This document shows, piece by piece, positions 29,527 to 38,751 of a DNA stretch of 64,000 nucleotides. The DNA comes from an uncultured Chloroflexia bacterium. GTDB taxonomy: Bacteria > Chloroflexota > Limnocylindria > Limnocylindrales > CSP1-4. The stretch's first letter is position 1. Each line of letters begins with the position of its first letter. Made by a program: the position numbers and the translations under genes. The notes below the pieces were generated by a model, which had not been told where the DNA came from, did no database searches, and saw only the letters and a list, made by a program, of their open reading frames with translations. Location: assembly GCA_963745295.1 (NCBI GenBank), contig CAVUWG010000001.1:131286-195285 (forward strand), read 5' to 3'.

Positions 29527-30042
29527 ATGACCGACGCACCGACCGACGCCCTGCCCGAGCCGTCCGCTGCCGCCCGCTCCGCGGCCGCGCCCACGACGAT
29601 CCACTCGTCCCGCGAGATCGAGGCCCTCATCCCGCATCGCTGGCCGTTCCTGCTCGTCGACCGGATCGTCGAGTACGACGCCGCCGCGCAGCGCATCGTC
29701 GGCCTCAAGGCCGTGACGGCCACCGAGTGGTTCTTCGGCGGGCATTTCCCGGGGCTACCGGTGATGCCAGGGGTCCTCCAGGTCGAGGCGCTCGCCCAGA
29801 CGATGGCCGTCTACGTCGCCAAGCAGCCGGGCTTCGGCGATCGGATCGGGCTGTTCGCCGGCATCGACGAGACGCGGTTCAAGCGGATCGTCGTGCCGGG
29901 CGATACGCTGCGCCTCGAGGTCACCATGGAGAAGCTCGGCGGCCGGTTCGGACGCGGGCGGGGGATCGCGAGCGTCGATGGCGAGGTTGCCTGCCAGACG
30001 ACCATCTCGTTCATCATCCCGGGCGAGGGAGCGCTGCGATGA
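29527..30042 (+). CDS. fabZ: 3-hydroxyacyl-ACP dehydratase
   Basis: ORF 29527..30042 has the hot-dog fold motif (LIPHRWPFLLVDRI...FFGGHFPGLPVMPGVLQVEALAQ). Confidence 0.9.
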   Translation: MTDAPTDALPEPSAAARSAAAPTTIHSSREIEALIPHRWPFLLVDRIVEYDAAAQRIVGLKAVTATEWFFGGHFPGLPVMPGVLQVEALAQTMAVYVAKQPGFGDRIGLFAGIDETRFKRIVVPGDTLRLEVTMEKLGGRFGRGRGIASVDGEVACQTTISFIIPGEGALR

Positions 30043-30785
30043 CCCGCATGGCGATCCTGTCCGACGTCCACGGGAACGCCGTGGCGCTCGACGCCGTCCG
30101 CAAGGCGATCCGTTCCGCCCGGCCGGACGTCGTCGCGATCGCCGGCGACCTGGTGCTCAACGGGCCGGACCCGGCAACCGTGGTCGACACGCTCCGCGAG
30201 ATGGAAACGGACGGCGCGATGGTCATCTCCGGGAACACGGACATCGCGGTCGCGGACTTCGACTACGCGGCTGCCTTCCCCTGGATGGTCGACGGCGTCC
30301 CCGAGGCGTTCCGCGCGGCGGCCGAATGGGCCCACGACGCGCTCGGCGACGAGCGGGTCGCGTGGCTCCGACGGCTCCCTGCCGAGCGGCGGGTGCACGC
30401 GGATGACGGCACGATGGTCCTCGTCTGCCACGCGTCACCCGGATCGCAGACGTCGGGCTTCGACCAGGTCCTCGACGCGACCGTGACCATCGAACGGGCT
30501 GCCCGCACAGATGCACGCGTCATCGCGTGCGGCCACACGCACATGCCCGAGGTGCGAGACCTCGGGTGGAAGATCATCGTCAACGACGGATCGGCCGGCT
30601 ACGTGTTCGACGGCGATCCGACGGCCTCCTGGGCACTCCTCGATATCGTCGACGGCGAGGTCACGACCGAGATCAAGCGGACCGAGTTCGACACGCTCAC
30701 CGTCGCGAATGCGATCTCGGCTCGCGGGCTGCCAGGCGACGTCTACCGCGCCGCCACCGTCCGCACGGGCAAGCTGGTCCGATGA
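30039..30785 (+). CDS. metallophosphoesterase family protein
   Basis: This is the tail of ORF 29727..30785 from ATG 30039 (ATGA overlap with fabZ). The motifs are DVHGN, GDLV, GNTD and GHTH. Confidence 0.8.
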   Translation: MTRMAILSDVHGNAVALDAVRKAIRSARPDVVAIAGDLVLNGPDPATVVDTLREMETDGAMVISGNTDIAVADFDYAAAFPWMVDGVPEAFRAAAEWAHDALGDERVAWLRRLPAERRVHADDGTMVLVCHASPGSQTSGFDQVLDATVTIERAARTDARVIACGHTHMPEVRDLGWKIIVNDGSAGYVFDGDPTASWALLDIVDGEVTTEIKRTEFDTLTVANAISARGLPGDVYRAATVRTGKLVR

Positions 30786-32038
30786 GCGACGGTCGTCGGG
30801 TCGTCGTGACCGGGATGGGTGCGCTGACAGCACTCGGCAACGACGTGGCCTCCACGTGGGACGGCCTGGTGGCCGGCCGCTCCGGGGTGCGGACCATCGA
30901 GTCCTTCGATCCGTCGCGCCTGAGCTCGCAGGTGGCGGCCGAGGTGCAAGATTTCGACGCCAGCCACGTGCTCGACCGCAAGGACCTGCGCCGGACCGAT
31001 CGCTACATCCAGTTCGGGCTCGTCGCGGCCCGCCAGGCGCTCGATGCGGCCGGCCTGCCGGACCGCTTCGAGGGTGACCTGGCCGAGCGGACCGGCGTCG
31101 TCCTCGGGACCGGTCTCGGCGGTGTCGGGACGCTGATCGAGGGATTCTCGACGAACGCCGTGCGCGGCCCCGACCGGATCAGCCCGTTCCTGATCCCGAT
31201 GGGCATCCCGAACATCGGGGCCGGCCAGATCGCCATCAATTTCGGCATGACCGGACCGAACTTCACGACCGTGTCCGCCTGCGCCACCGGCGGCCACGCG
31301 ATCGGCGAATCGTCGGAGATCATCCGGCGCGGGGACGCGGACATCATGGTCGCCGGCGGCGCCGAAGCGGGCATCTACGAGGCCCTCGTCGGCGGCTTCG
31401 CCTCGATGCGCGCCCTGTCCACGCGGAACGACGACCCGCCGGGCGCCTCGCGGCCGTTCGATGGCGGACGCGACGGTTTCGTCATCGGGGAGGGGGCTGG
31501 CGTCGTGATCCTCGAGGCGCTCGAGCATGCCGAGGCCCGCGGCGTGCCGATCCTGGCCGAGCTCGTCGGCTACGGGGCGACCGCCGACGCCTCGCACATC
31601 ACGTTGCCGGCTCCGGGCGGGATCGGCGCCGTGCGCGCGGCGCGACGCGCGCTCGAGAAGGCCGGACTGACGGCCGCCGACATCGATCACGTGAACGCCC
31701 ACGCGACCTCGACGCCGGAGGGCGACAAGGCGGAGCTCCAGGCGATGAAGACGATCCTCGGCGACGAGGCCAGCCGGATCTCGATCACCGCCAACAAGAG
31801 CATGCTCGGCCACACGCTCGGGGCGGCCGGCGCGATCGAGGCGATCGTGACCATCCTGACCATCCGCGAGGGCTGCGTGCCGCCGACCATCAACCTGGTC
31901 GACCCCGACCCCGAGGCCGAGGGCCTCGACCTCACCCCGAACCGGGCCGCCCGTCACGACGTCCGGACCGCGATCAGCAACTCGTTCGGGTTCGGGGGCC
32001 AGAACACGGCCCTCATCTTCCGGCGGTGGGATGCATGA
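30782..32038 (+). CDS. fabF: beta-ketoacyl-ACP synthase II
   Basis: This is the tail of ORF 30527..32038 from ATG 30782 (ATGA overlap). It has the active-site Cys context (VSACATG), the two His motifs and the C-terminal NSFGFGGQN. Confidence 0.92.
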   Translation: MSDGRRVVVTGMGALTALGNDVASTWDGLVAGRSGVRTIESFDPSRLSSQVAAEVQDFDASHVLDRKDLRRTDRYIQFGLVAARQALDAAGLPDRFEGDLAERTGVVLGTGLGGVGTLIEGFSTNAVRGPDRISPFLIPMGIPNIGAGQIAINFGMTGPNFTTVSACATGGHAIGESSEIIRRGDADIMVAGGAEAGIYEALVGGFASMRALSTRNDDPPGASRPFDGGRDGFVIGEGAGVVILEALEHAEARGVPILAELVGYGATADASHITLPAPGGIGAVRAARRALEKAGLTAADIDHVNAHATSTPEGDKAELQAMKTILGDEASRISITANKSMLGHTLGAAGAIEAIVTILTIREGCVPPTINLVDPDPEAEGLDLTPNRAARHDVRTAISNSFGFGGQNTALIFRRWDA

Positions 32039-32580
32039 CCGACGACGCGAGGGGGCCGTCCGTGCCGCCTGACGAGGCGACCGGCACGACCCCGGTCGAG
32101 CCCACGCCGCGCGACGATGCCGACGTGGAGCTGCTGGGCCTCATCGACCGCCTGGCCGACCTGCTCGAGCGCTCGGACCTCGCCGAGCTGGAGGTCGAGG
32201 CGGGCGGGACCGGGCTCGTGCTGCGCAAGCCATCGGCCGTCACCGTGGCCGCGAGCGCTGCCGCCGCGCCGGGCGGCGCACCGCAGGCGGGCATCCCCGG
32301 CGAACCGCAGACCGCCGGTCGCGACCCCGCCGCGCTGGCCCGCCCGTCGGTCAAGGCGCCCCTGACGGGCATCTTCTACGCCTCGCCGGCGCCGGGATCG
32401 GGGCCATACGTGCAGGCCGGAGGCGAGATCGCGGTCGGCCAGATCGTCGGCCTCATCGAGGCCATGAAGCTGTTCAACGAGATCAAGTCAGATCTCGCCG
32501 GCCGGGTCGTGCGGGTGATCCCCGAGAGCGGCACGCTGGTCAAGGCCAAGCAACCCCTCGTGGAGGTGGAGCCGCTGTGA
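32035..32580 (+). CDS. accB: acetyl-CoA carboxylase biotin carboxyl carrier protein
   Basis: ORF 32026..32580. ATG 32035 gives an ATGA overlap with fabF, and GTG 32026 is an alternative start. The canonical biotinylation motif GLIEAMKLFNEI is present. Confidence 0.88.
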   Translation: MTDDARGPSVPPDEATGTTPVEPTPRDDADVELLGLIDRLADLLERSDLAELEVEAGGTGLVLRKPSAVTVAASAAAAPGGAPQAGIPGEPQTAGRDPAALARPSVKAPLTGIFYASPAPGSGPYVQAGGEIAVGQIVGLIEAMKLFNEIKSDLAGRVVRVIPESGTLVKAKQPLVEVEPL

Positions 32581-33773
32581 GTCAGGTCCCGCGCTACGCC
32601 CACGTCACGGGCTGGGGCCGCTACGCCCCTTCGCAGGTGCTGACGAACCACGACCTCGAGCGGATGGTGGACACCTCCGACGAGTGGATCGCGAGCCGGA
32701 CCGGGATCCGGGAGCGGCGGGTCGCGGCCGCCCACGAGACCACGGCGTCGATGGCGGCGGTCGCCTCGATGCGCGCCATCCGCACCGCGGGCATCGACCC
32801 CGACGAGATCGACCTCATCCTGCTGGCGACGCTCACCCCCGACTACTGGATGCCGTCCACGGCCGCGCTGGTCAAGGAGGCGATCGGCAATAACCGCGCG
32901 GCGGCGATGGACGTCGCGGCCGCCTGCTCCGGGTTCGTCTACGCGTACTCGACCGCGCACGCCTACATCACGAGCGGGCTCGCCAAGCACGTGCTGGTCA
33001 TCGGGGCGGAGCTGCTGACCCGGTTCCTCGACTACACCGACCGCAACACCTGCATCCTGTTCGGCGACGGGGCCGGTGCCGTCGTGCTCTCGGCGTCGGA
33101 CCAGCCCGGCGGCGGGCTCGGCATCGAGCTCACGACCGAGCCCCAGGGCGCGTACATGATCTGGCTGCCGGCGGGTGGGGCGAAGAGCCCGCCATCGGCC
33201 GAGACCATCGCACGGGGCGAGCACTTCATCCGGATGGAGGGCAAGGAGACGTACCGGTTCGCCACGCGGACCCTCGCCTCGACCGCGCTGGCCGCGATCC
33301 AGCGGGCCGGTCTGCAGCCCGCCGACATCGACCTGTTCATCCCGCACCAGGCCAACATCCGGATCATCGAGGCCGTCGCGAAGGGCCTGGACCTGCCGAT
33401 GGAGCGGATGTTCGTCAACCTCGACAAGTACGGGAACACCTCGGCCGCGTCCGTGCCGATCGCCCTGGCCGAAGCCGTCAACGGCGGCCGGATCAAGATC
33501 GGCGACCGCATCATCCTCGTGGCGTTCGGTGCCGGCTTCACGTCCGGCGCGGTCGCCATCGAGTGGACGGCCGACCCGGCCCGCGGGATCGCCGGTGACG
33601 CCGCCGTCGAGGCCGACGACATCCACGTTCGGCTGCCCGTCGACTGGGATTCGGTCGATCCCATCCCCGACGCGCTCGCCGCGATCATGGCCCAGCCGGG
33701 GCCGGTCGACGTGCCGCTCGACGACGTCGTGCCGGGCGAACCGGAGCGAGCCCACGGGAAGGTGCACGCATGA
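32577..33773 (+). CDS. fabH: beta-ketoacyl-ACP synthase III with a ~65-aa C-terminal extension
   Basis: ORF 32577..33773 (GTGA overlap). It has the FabH catalytic context (AAACSGF, HQAN, GNTSAAS). The extra tail after ...AVAIEW has no recognisable domain. Confidence 0.88.
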   Translation: MSQVPRYAHVTGWGRYAPSQVLTNHDLERMVDTSDEWIASRTGIRERRVAAAHETTASMAAVASMRAIRTAGIDPDEIDLILLATLTPDYWMPSTAALVKEAIGNNRAAAMDVAAACSGFVYAYSTAHAYITSGLAKHVLVIGAELLTRFLDYTDRNTCILFGDGAGAVVLSASDQPGGGLGIELTTEPQGAYMIWLPAGGAKSPPSAETIARGEHFIRMEGKETYRFATRTLASTALAAIQRAGLQPADIDLFIPHQANIRIIEAVAKGLDLPMERMFVNLDKYGNTSAASVPIALAEAVNGGRIKIGDRIILVAFGAGFTSGAVAIEWTADPARGIAGDAAVEADDIHVRLPVDWDSVDPIPDALAAIMAQPGPVDVPLDDVVPGEPERAHGKVHA

Positions 33774-34519
33774 TCGATCTGAGCGGCAAGGCGGCGCTCG
33801 TGACCGGCGGATCGCGCGGGATCGGGCGGGGGATCGTGACCCGGCTCGCGAGCCAGGGCGCCGATGTGGCGTTCACGTACCGCGGCAACGAGTCGGCGGC
33901 GGCCGAGGCGGTCGCGATCGTCGAGGGTCTCGGCCATCAGGCCGTCGCCATCCAGGGCGACGTCCGCGATCCGGCGACCGCGGAGGCGGCCGTCAAGGCC
34001 GCCATCGATGCCTTCGGCCGGGTCGACATCCTCGTCAACAACGCGGGCATCACCCGCGACGACCTCATCATGCGGATGACCGAGGAAGCCTGGCGCGACG
34101 TCCTCGAGACGAACCTGTTCGGGGCGTTCTGGATGACGAAGGCCGTGACCCGGCCGATGCTCAAGGCACGGGCCGGGCGGATCGTCAACATCACCTCGGT
34201 CTCCGGCCAGGCCGGCCAGATGGGCCAGGCCAACTACAGCGCCGCGAAGGCCGGCCTGATCGGCCTGACCAAGGCGACGGCCCGCGAGCTCGCGTCACGC
34301 GGCATCACGGTCAACGCGGTCGCGCCGGGCTTCGTCCTGACCGAGCTGACCCAGGACCTGCCCGAGGCGCTCATGAACGAGATCACGAGCCGCACGCCGC
34401 TCGGCCGCTTCGGGACCGTCGAGGAGATCGCGAACGCCGTCGCGTTCCTGGCCTCCGACGAGGCCGCGTTCATCACGGGCCAGGTCCTGGCCGTCGACGG
34501 TGGCCTCGTCATGATGTAG
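33770..34519 (+). CDS. fabG: 3-oxoacyl-ACP reductase
   Basis: ORF 33770..34519 has SDR motifs (TGGSRGIG, NNAG, YSAAKAG). Confidence 0.9.
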   Translation: MIDLSGKAALVTGGSRGIGRGIVTRLASQGADVAFTYRGNESAAAEAVAIVEGLGHQAVAIQGDVRDPATAEAAVKAAIDAFGRVDILVNNAGITRDDLIMRMTEEAWRDVLETNLFGAFWMTKAVTRPMLKARAGRIVNITSVSGQAGQMGQANYSAAKAGLIGLTKATARELASRGITVNAVAPGFVLTELTQDLPEALMNEITSRTPLGRFGTVEEIANAVAFLASDEAAFITGQVLAVDGGLVMM

Positions 34520-34523
34520 TCGG

Positions 34524-34541
34524 GGAGGACCCTCCCCGAAC
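34524..34541 (+). terminator. short GC hairpin downstream of fabG (candidate terminator)
   Basis: 'cggggaggaccctccccg' has inverted arms cggggagg/cctccccg, immediately after the fabG stop. No clear U-tract follows. Confidence 0.35.
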
Positions 34542-34578
34542 GGGCCGAACGGGCATCGCATGCTAGACTCGCGCCGCT

Positions 34579-35991
34579 TTGCTTGACCGAGAAACGGGGG
34601 GTCGGCAACGCCGGTCCCCGACGTTCGCAACCTTCCTCTCCTTCCTGTGGCCCGGGCTCGGACAGTGGTATGCCGGGTCCGGACGGAGCGCCGTCATCTT
34701 CGCCTTGCCCGTCGTGGCCGTGGTGCTGGTGGCACTCGTCCAGGCGGCGGGCGGCGCGACCAGCATCTTCCTGAGCCTCATCGATGCCTCGACGGCACTG
34801 ACGATCCTGGTCCTGATCGGCCTGCTGGGGCTCTGGCGCCTCATCGCGATGGGCGACGCCCTGACCACGGCCGAGCGCGGCGCCTCGTGGCGCCGACCGC
34901 GGCCGATCGCCGCCTTCGCCGGCCTCGCGCTCGTCGTGGTCGTGACGCACGTCGCGGCCGCCGGCTGGGTCTACCGCTTCTACGACGCCGGCTCGCACAT
35001 CTTCGTCGCCCAGCAGGGGCCGGATGTCGGCGGTCCATCGCCCGATCCGAGCGCCACCAGCCCGACCTCGGGCTACGTCGCGAGCCCGGCGGCCACGCCC
35101 GAGACCCGCGAATCACGCATCAACTTCCTCCTGACCGGCGTCGACTCGTCGGAGACGCGCAACCACGCCCTGACCGACACGCTCATGGTCGTGAGCGTCG
35201 ATCCGGAGACCGGCAAGGTCGCCATGGTCAGCTTCCCGCGCGACATCGCACGCTTCCCGCTCTCGAACGGCAAGACCTTCGTCGGCAAGATCAACGGGCT
35301 GATGACGTACGCGAACAACCACAAGAAGGAGTTCCCCGACGGCGGGCTCCCGACCCTCGTCAAGGAACTGGGCTTCCTGCTGGGCATCCCCATCCACTAC
35401 TACGCGGCGGTGGACCTGGAGGGGTTCTCGAAGATGATCGACCGGGTCGGCGGGGTCACGATCGACAACCCGCGCGCCATCAACGATCCCGTCTACGGAG
35501 GCTGGACCAACAAGCGCGTCGGCTTCCACCTCTCCAAGGGCAAGCACAAGCTCGACGGCGAGACCGCGCTCGCGTATGTCCGCTCGCGCATGGGCGCCGG
35601 CGACAGCGACTTCTCGCGCGCCCGGCGGCAGCAACAGCTCCTGGTCGCCCTCCAGCAGAAGCTGACCGACCCCGGCATGCTCCCGAAGCTGCCCGACATC
35701 CTCGACGATGCCAAGGACGCGCTGGTCACGAACTTCCCGCCCGACCGGCTCGGCGACATGCTCGAGATCTCCCGGCGCGTCGATGACAAGAACATCACAC
35801 GCAAGGTCCTCAACTCGATCACGACCCGGCCGCCACTCAGCACCACCGGCGGCATCTACATCCTCAAGATGGACATGAAGAAGCTGGCCAAGCTGTCGGT
35901 GGACCTGTTCGGGGAGGACAGCCGCTACTACGTGCCGCCGGTCGCGACGAGCGCCTCACCGACGAGCGGCTCGCCGTCGTCCGCCCCCTAG
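34579..35991 (+). CDS. LytR-CpsA-Psr (LCP) family cell-envelope glycopolymer ligase, copy 1
   Basis: ORF 34579..35991 (TTG start) has N-terminal TM helices. It carries the LCP core (INFLLTGVDS...TDTLMVVSVDP...VSFPRD...RSRMGAGDSDFSRARRQQ). Confidence 0.85.
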   Translation: MLDRETGGRQRRSPTFATFLSFLWPGLGQWYAGSGRSAVIFALPVVAVVLVALVQAAGGATSIFLSLIDASTALTILVLIGLLGLWRLIAMGDALTTAERGASWRRPRPIAAFAGLALVVVVTHVAAAGWVYRFYDAGSHIFVAQQGPDVGGPSPDPSATSPTSGYVASPAATPETRESRINFLLTGVDSSETRNHALTDTLMVVSVDPETGKVAMVSFPRDIARFPLSNGKTFVGKINGLMTYANNHKKEFPDGGLPTLVKELGFLLGIPIHYYAAVDLEGFSKMIDRVGGVTIDNPRAINDPVYGGWTNKRVGFHLSKGKHKLDGETALAYVRSRMGAGDSDFSRARRQQQLLVALQQKLTDPGMLPKLPDILDDAKDALVTNFPPDRLGDMLEISRRVDDKNITRKVLNSITTRPPLSTTGGIYILKMDMKKLAKLSVDLFGEDSRYYVPPVATSASPTSGSPSSAP

Positions 35992-35999
35992 CAGATCGC

Positions 36000-37515
36000 T
36001 CAGCGACCCTCGCCGGCCAGGACGGCCGGGATGGTCCGGACCATGATCTTGAGGTCCAGCCAGAGCGACCAGCGGTCGATGTAGTCGAGGTCGAGGCGCA
36101 CCCACCGGTCGAAGTCGGCCTCCCGGCGAGCCGCGACCTGCCACAGGCCGGTGATGCCGGGCTGCATCGAGAGGCGCCGGCGGTGCCAGATGTCGTAGTC
36201 GAGGACCTCGCTCGGCAGTGGCGGCCGTGGTCCGACCAGGCTCATCTCGCCGCGCAGCACGTTCCACAGCTGGGGCAGCTCGTCGATGCTGGTCCGGCGG
36301 AGCCAACCGCCCGTCCGGGTGAGGCGCGGATCGTCGGTCAGCTTGAAGGCCGGACCGCGGATCTCGTTGCGGCCCTCGAGCTCGACCAGTTGCTCCTCGG
36401 CGTCCGGGACCATCGTGCGGAACTTGACGACCCGGAACGGTCGCCCGTGCAGGCCGACGCGCTCCTGGCGGAAGAAGACCGGCGCTCCGTCCCGGAGGCG
36501 GATGACCAGGGCCACGAGCAGCAGGACCGGGCTCAGGACCACCAGCCCGACCAGCGCCAGAAGGACGTCGATCGCGCGCTTGGCGATCATCCCGAGCGTT
36601 CGGTCCGGGCCGTAGACGAGCGACAGGACGGCCATCCCCTCGATCTCCTCGATGCGGCCGCCGGGCAGCATCAGGCCGGGACCGGTCATCGGGATCCGCA
36701 CGACCCGGCCCTCGTCCTCGCACAGGCGCGCGATCGGCTCGACCATCGCTCGGTCCGTTGACCGACAGGCAGATCGCGACCTCGTCGACCACGCTCCCGT
36801 GGAGGACGCCCTCGATCTCGTGGAGGTCGCCGAGGACCGGACGCTCGGACGCGCCCGTCGTCGCCGCTCGCGCGATCCGCGGGGCCGGCCAGGTAGCCGA
36901 TCGGCTCGAGGCCGAGCTCGATGTGCCGCGCCATCAGGTCGGCGAACGTCTCGGCGGCCGGGTTCGCGCCCACGATGAGCATGTACCGGGTGTTGCGGCC
37001 GGCGGCTCCCGCATGCTGAGGAAGAGCGACGCGGATCGATGTTCCGGCTCGGCGATCGTCAGCAGCGCCTGCGAGGGGAAGAGCAGGACCAGGAACAGGC
37101 GGCTGACATTCGGGAGCTTGAACAGGAAGAGCGCGGTGAACACGACGACCGCGAGCAGCAGCACCGCGAACAGGACGTCGAGCGCCTCGCGTCGCCTGGA
37201 CCAGCGGACGCGCAGGCGGTACAGCCCCTGGATCCACAGGACCGCGACGAGCGAGATGCCGTAGAGCAGTGCCGCGAGCCAGCCGTCGATCCCCGCCGTG
37301 GCCCAGGTCGCCTGCCAGGCGTCGGTCCCGAAGCGGATCATCGACAGGCCGATGAACAGCGCGATCGCGGTGATCGCGTCGGCGAGCATCAGGGCGAGAT
37401 GCAGGGCCGCGGCGTGACGGCGGATCAGGTCCGAGTCCTCCACGAGCGCGTGAGTCGCATCGGATTGTACCGCCCACTCGAGCCGGTCCCGTCGGGTATC
37501 CGGGCCGGGGACCAT
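36000..37515 (-). pseudogene. WbaP-like polyprenyl-phosphate sugar phosphotransferase (initiating transferase), three apparent frameshifts
   Basis: The TM N-terminus runs from ATG 37515 in ORF 36934..37806. RYMLIVGANPAAETFADLMARHIELGLEPIGYLAGP is in ORF 36686..37477. PVLGDLHEIEGVLHGSVVDEVAICLSV is in ORF 35956..36792. The catalytic C-terminus is in ORF 36000..36746 (RPFRVVKFRTM...ELPQLWNVLRGEMSLVGPRP). The breaks lie at about 37005-37045, 36850-36880 and 36746-36760. Confidence 0.8.
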
Positions 37516-37558
37516 CGTACGGGTGTCCGTTCCGGGGAGGTCTGGTAGGGTCAAGGGC

Positions 37559-38732
37559 ATGGGGAAGATCGCGGCTGCCTGGGCCGCCATGTCATCCGCC
37601 GCCCGGGCCGTGGCGATCGGCGGTCTCGCGCTGCCGCTCATCCTGGTCCTCGCGGTGACCGCCGTCGCGGTCGGCGCGGCGCCGTCGCCGAGGGTCGGAT
37701 CCCGGTCCGACGCCGGCCCCGGTGGCCGCCCTGCCGACCGACGCACCGCTGAGCCCATCGCCCTCGCCGCTCGCGTTGCCGAGCGTGGCACCGTTCGCGA
37801 GCCCATCGGCCCAGCCGTCAGCGGCCGCGGTCGCCGACCCGTTGCTCGGCACCGACGGTCGCCTGACCGTGCTCCTGCTGGGATCCGACTATCGGCCGGC
37901 CCACCCGGGCAACCGGACCGACGCGATGATGGTCGTCTCCGTCGACCCGACGACCGGCCGATCCGGGGCGTTCAGCGTGCCGCGCGACATCGTCGACTTC
38001 CCGCTCCCGGGCCGAGGCAGCTACGCACCCCGGGTCAACGGCCTGTACCAGTACCTCCAGGCACGGACGAACCGCGGCGCCGCCAACACGATGGCGGCCT
38101 TCGAGCGCGCGTTCGGCATCGAGATCGACAACTTCGTCTTCATCGGCTTCAACGGCGTGCAGGAACTGGTCAGCGCGGTCGGCGGCGTCGATGTCCGGTT
38201 GCAGAAGTCGTACTACGACCCCTATTACTGGGTGAACGGCCACACGCGTGGCTGGGGCCTGCCGGCCGGCAAGAGCCATCTCAACGCCCAGCGGGCCCTG
38301 ATCTTCGCCCGCAGCCGGAAGGGCGACAGCGACTTCGGTCGCGCCCGCCGCCAGCAGCTGCTCGTCATGGCCGCATTCGACAAGGTGCGCAAGCGCGGCC
38401 TGGACGATCTTCCGAAGCTCCTTCGGGCCGCGCGGGACAGCGTCCGGACCGACCTGCCGCTCTCGCGGGCGAACGACCTGTTCAAGCTCTATCGCGAGGT
38501 CGACCTCAAGAAGGCCAAGCGGGCCGTCTTCGGGCCGAAGACCTTCGCGGTGCGGGCGCACGGCTACACCTACCACCTGGTCTACGCCAAGTGCAAGGCG
38601 TGGATCGCGAAGAACTTCCCGAAGAAGCGGCCGTACGGGACGTGGCCGGCCAAGACCGTGCCGGCGAGCCCGGTCACGCCCAGCCAGGCTCCGGCTGCAC
38701 CCGTGCCGACGGTGCTGTCGCCAGACTCGTAA
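37559..38732 (+). pseudogene. LCP family protein, copy 2, one apparent frameshift after the membrane anchor
   Basis: ATG 37559 encodes MGKIAAAWAAMSSAARAVAIGGLALPLILVLAVTAVAVGAAP (TM anchor) in the frame of ORF 37523..39025. The LCP domain is in ORF 37722..38732 (LTVLLLGSDYRPAHPGNRTDAMMVVSVDP...SRKGDSDFGRARRQQ). The break lies at about 37685-37700. Confidence 0.7.
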
Positions 38733-38751
38733 GGCCGCCTCGGCCCGATCG

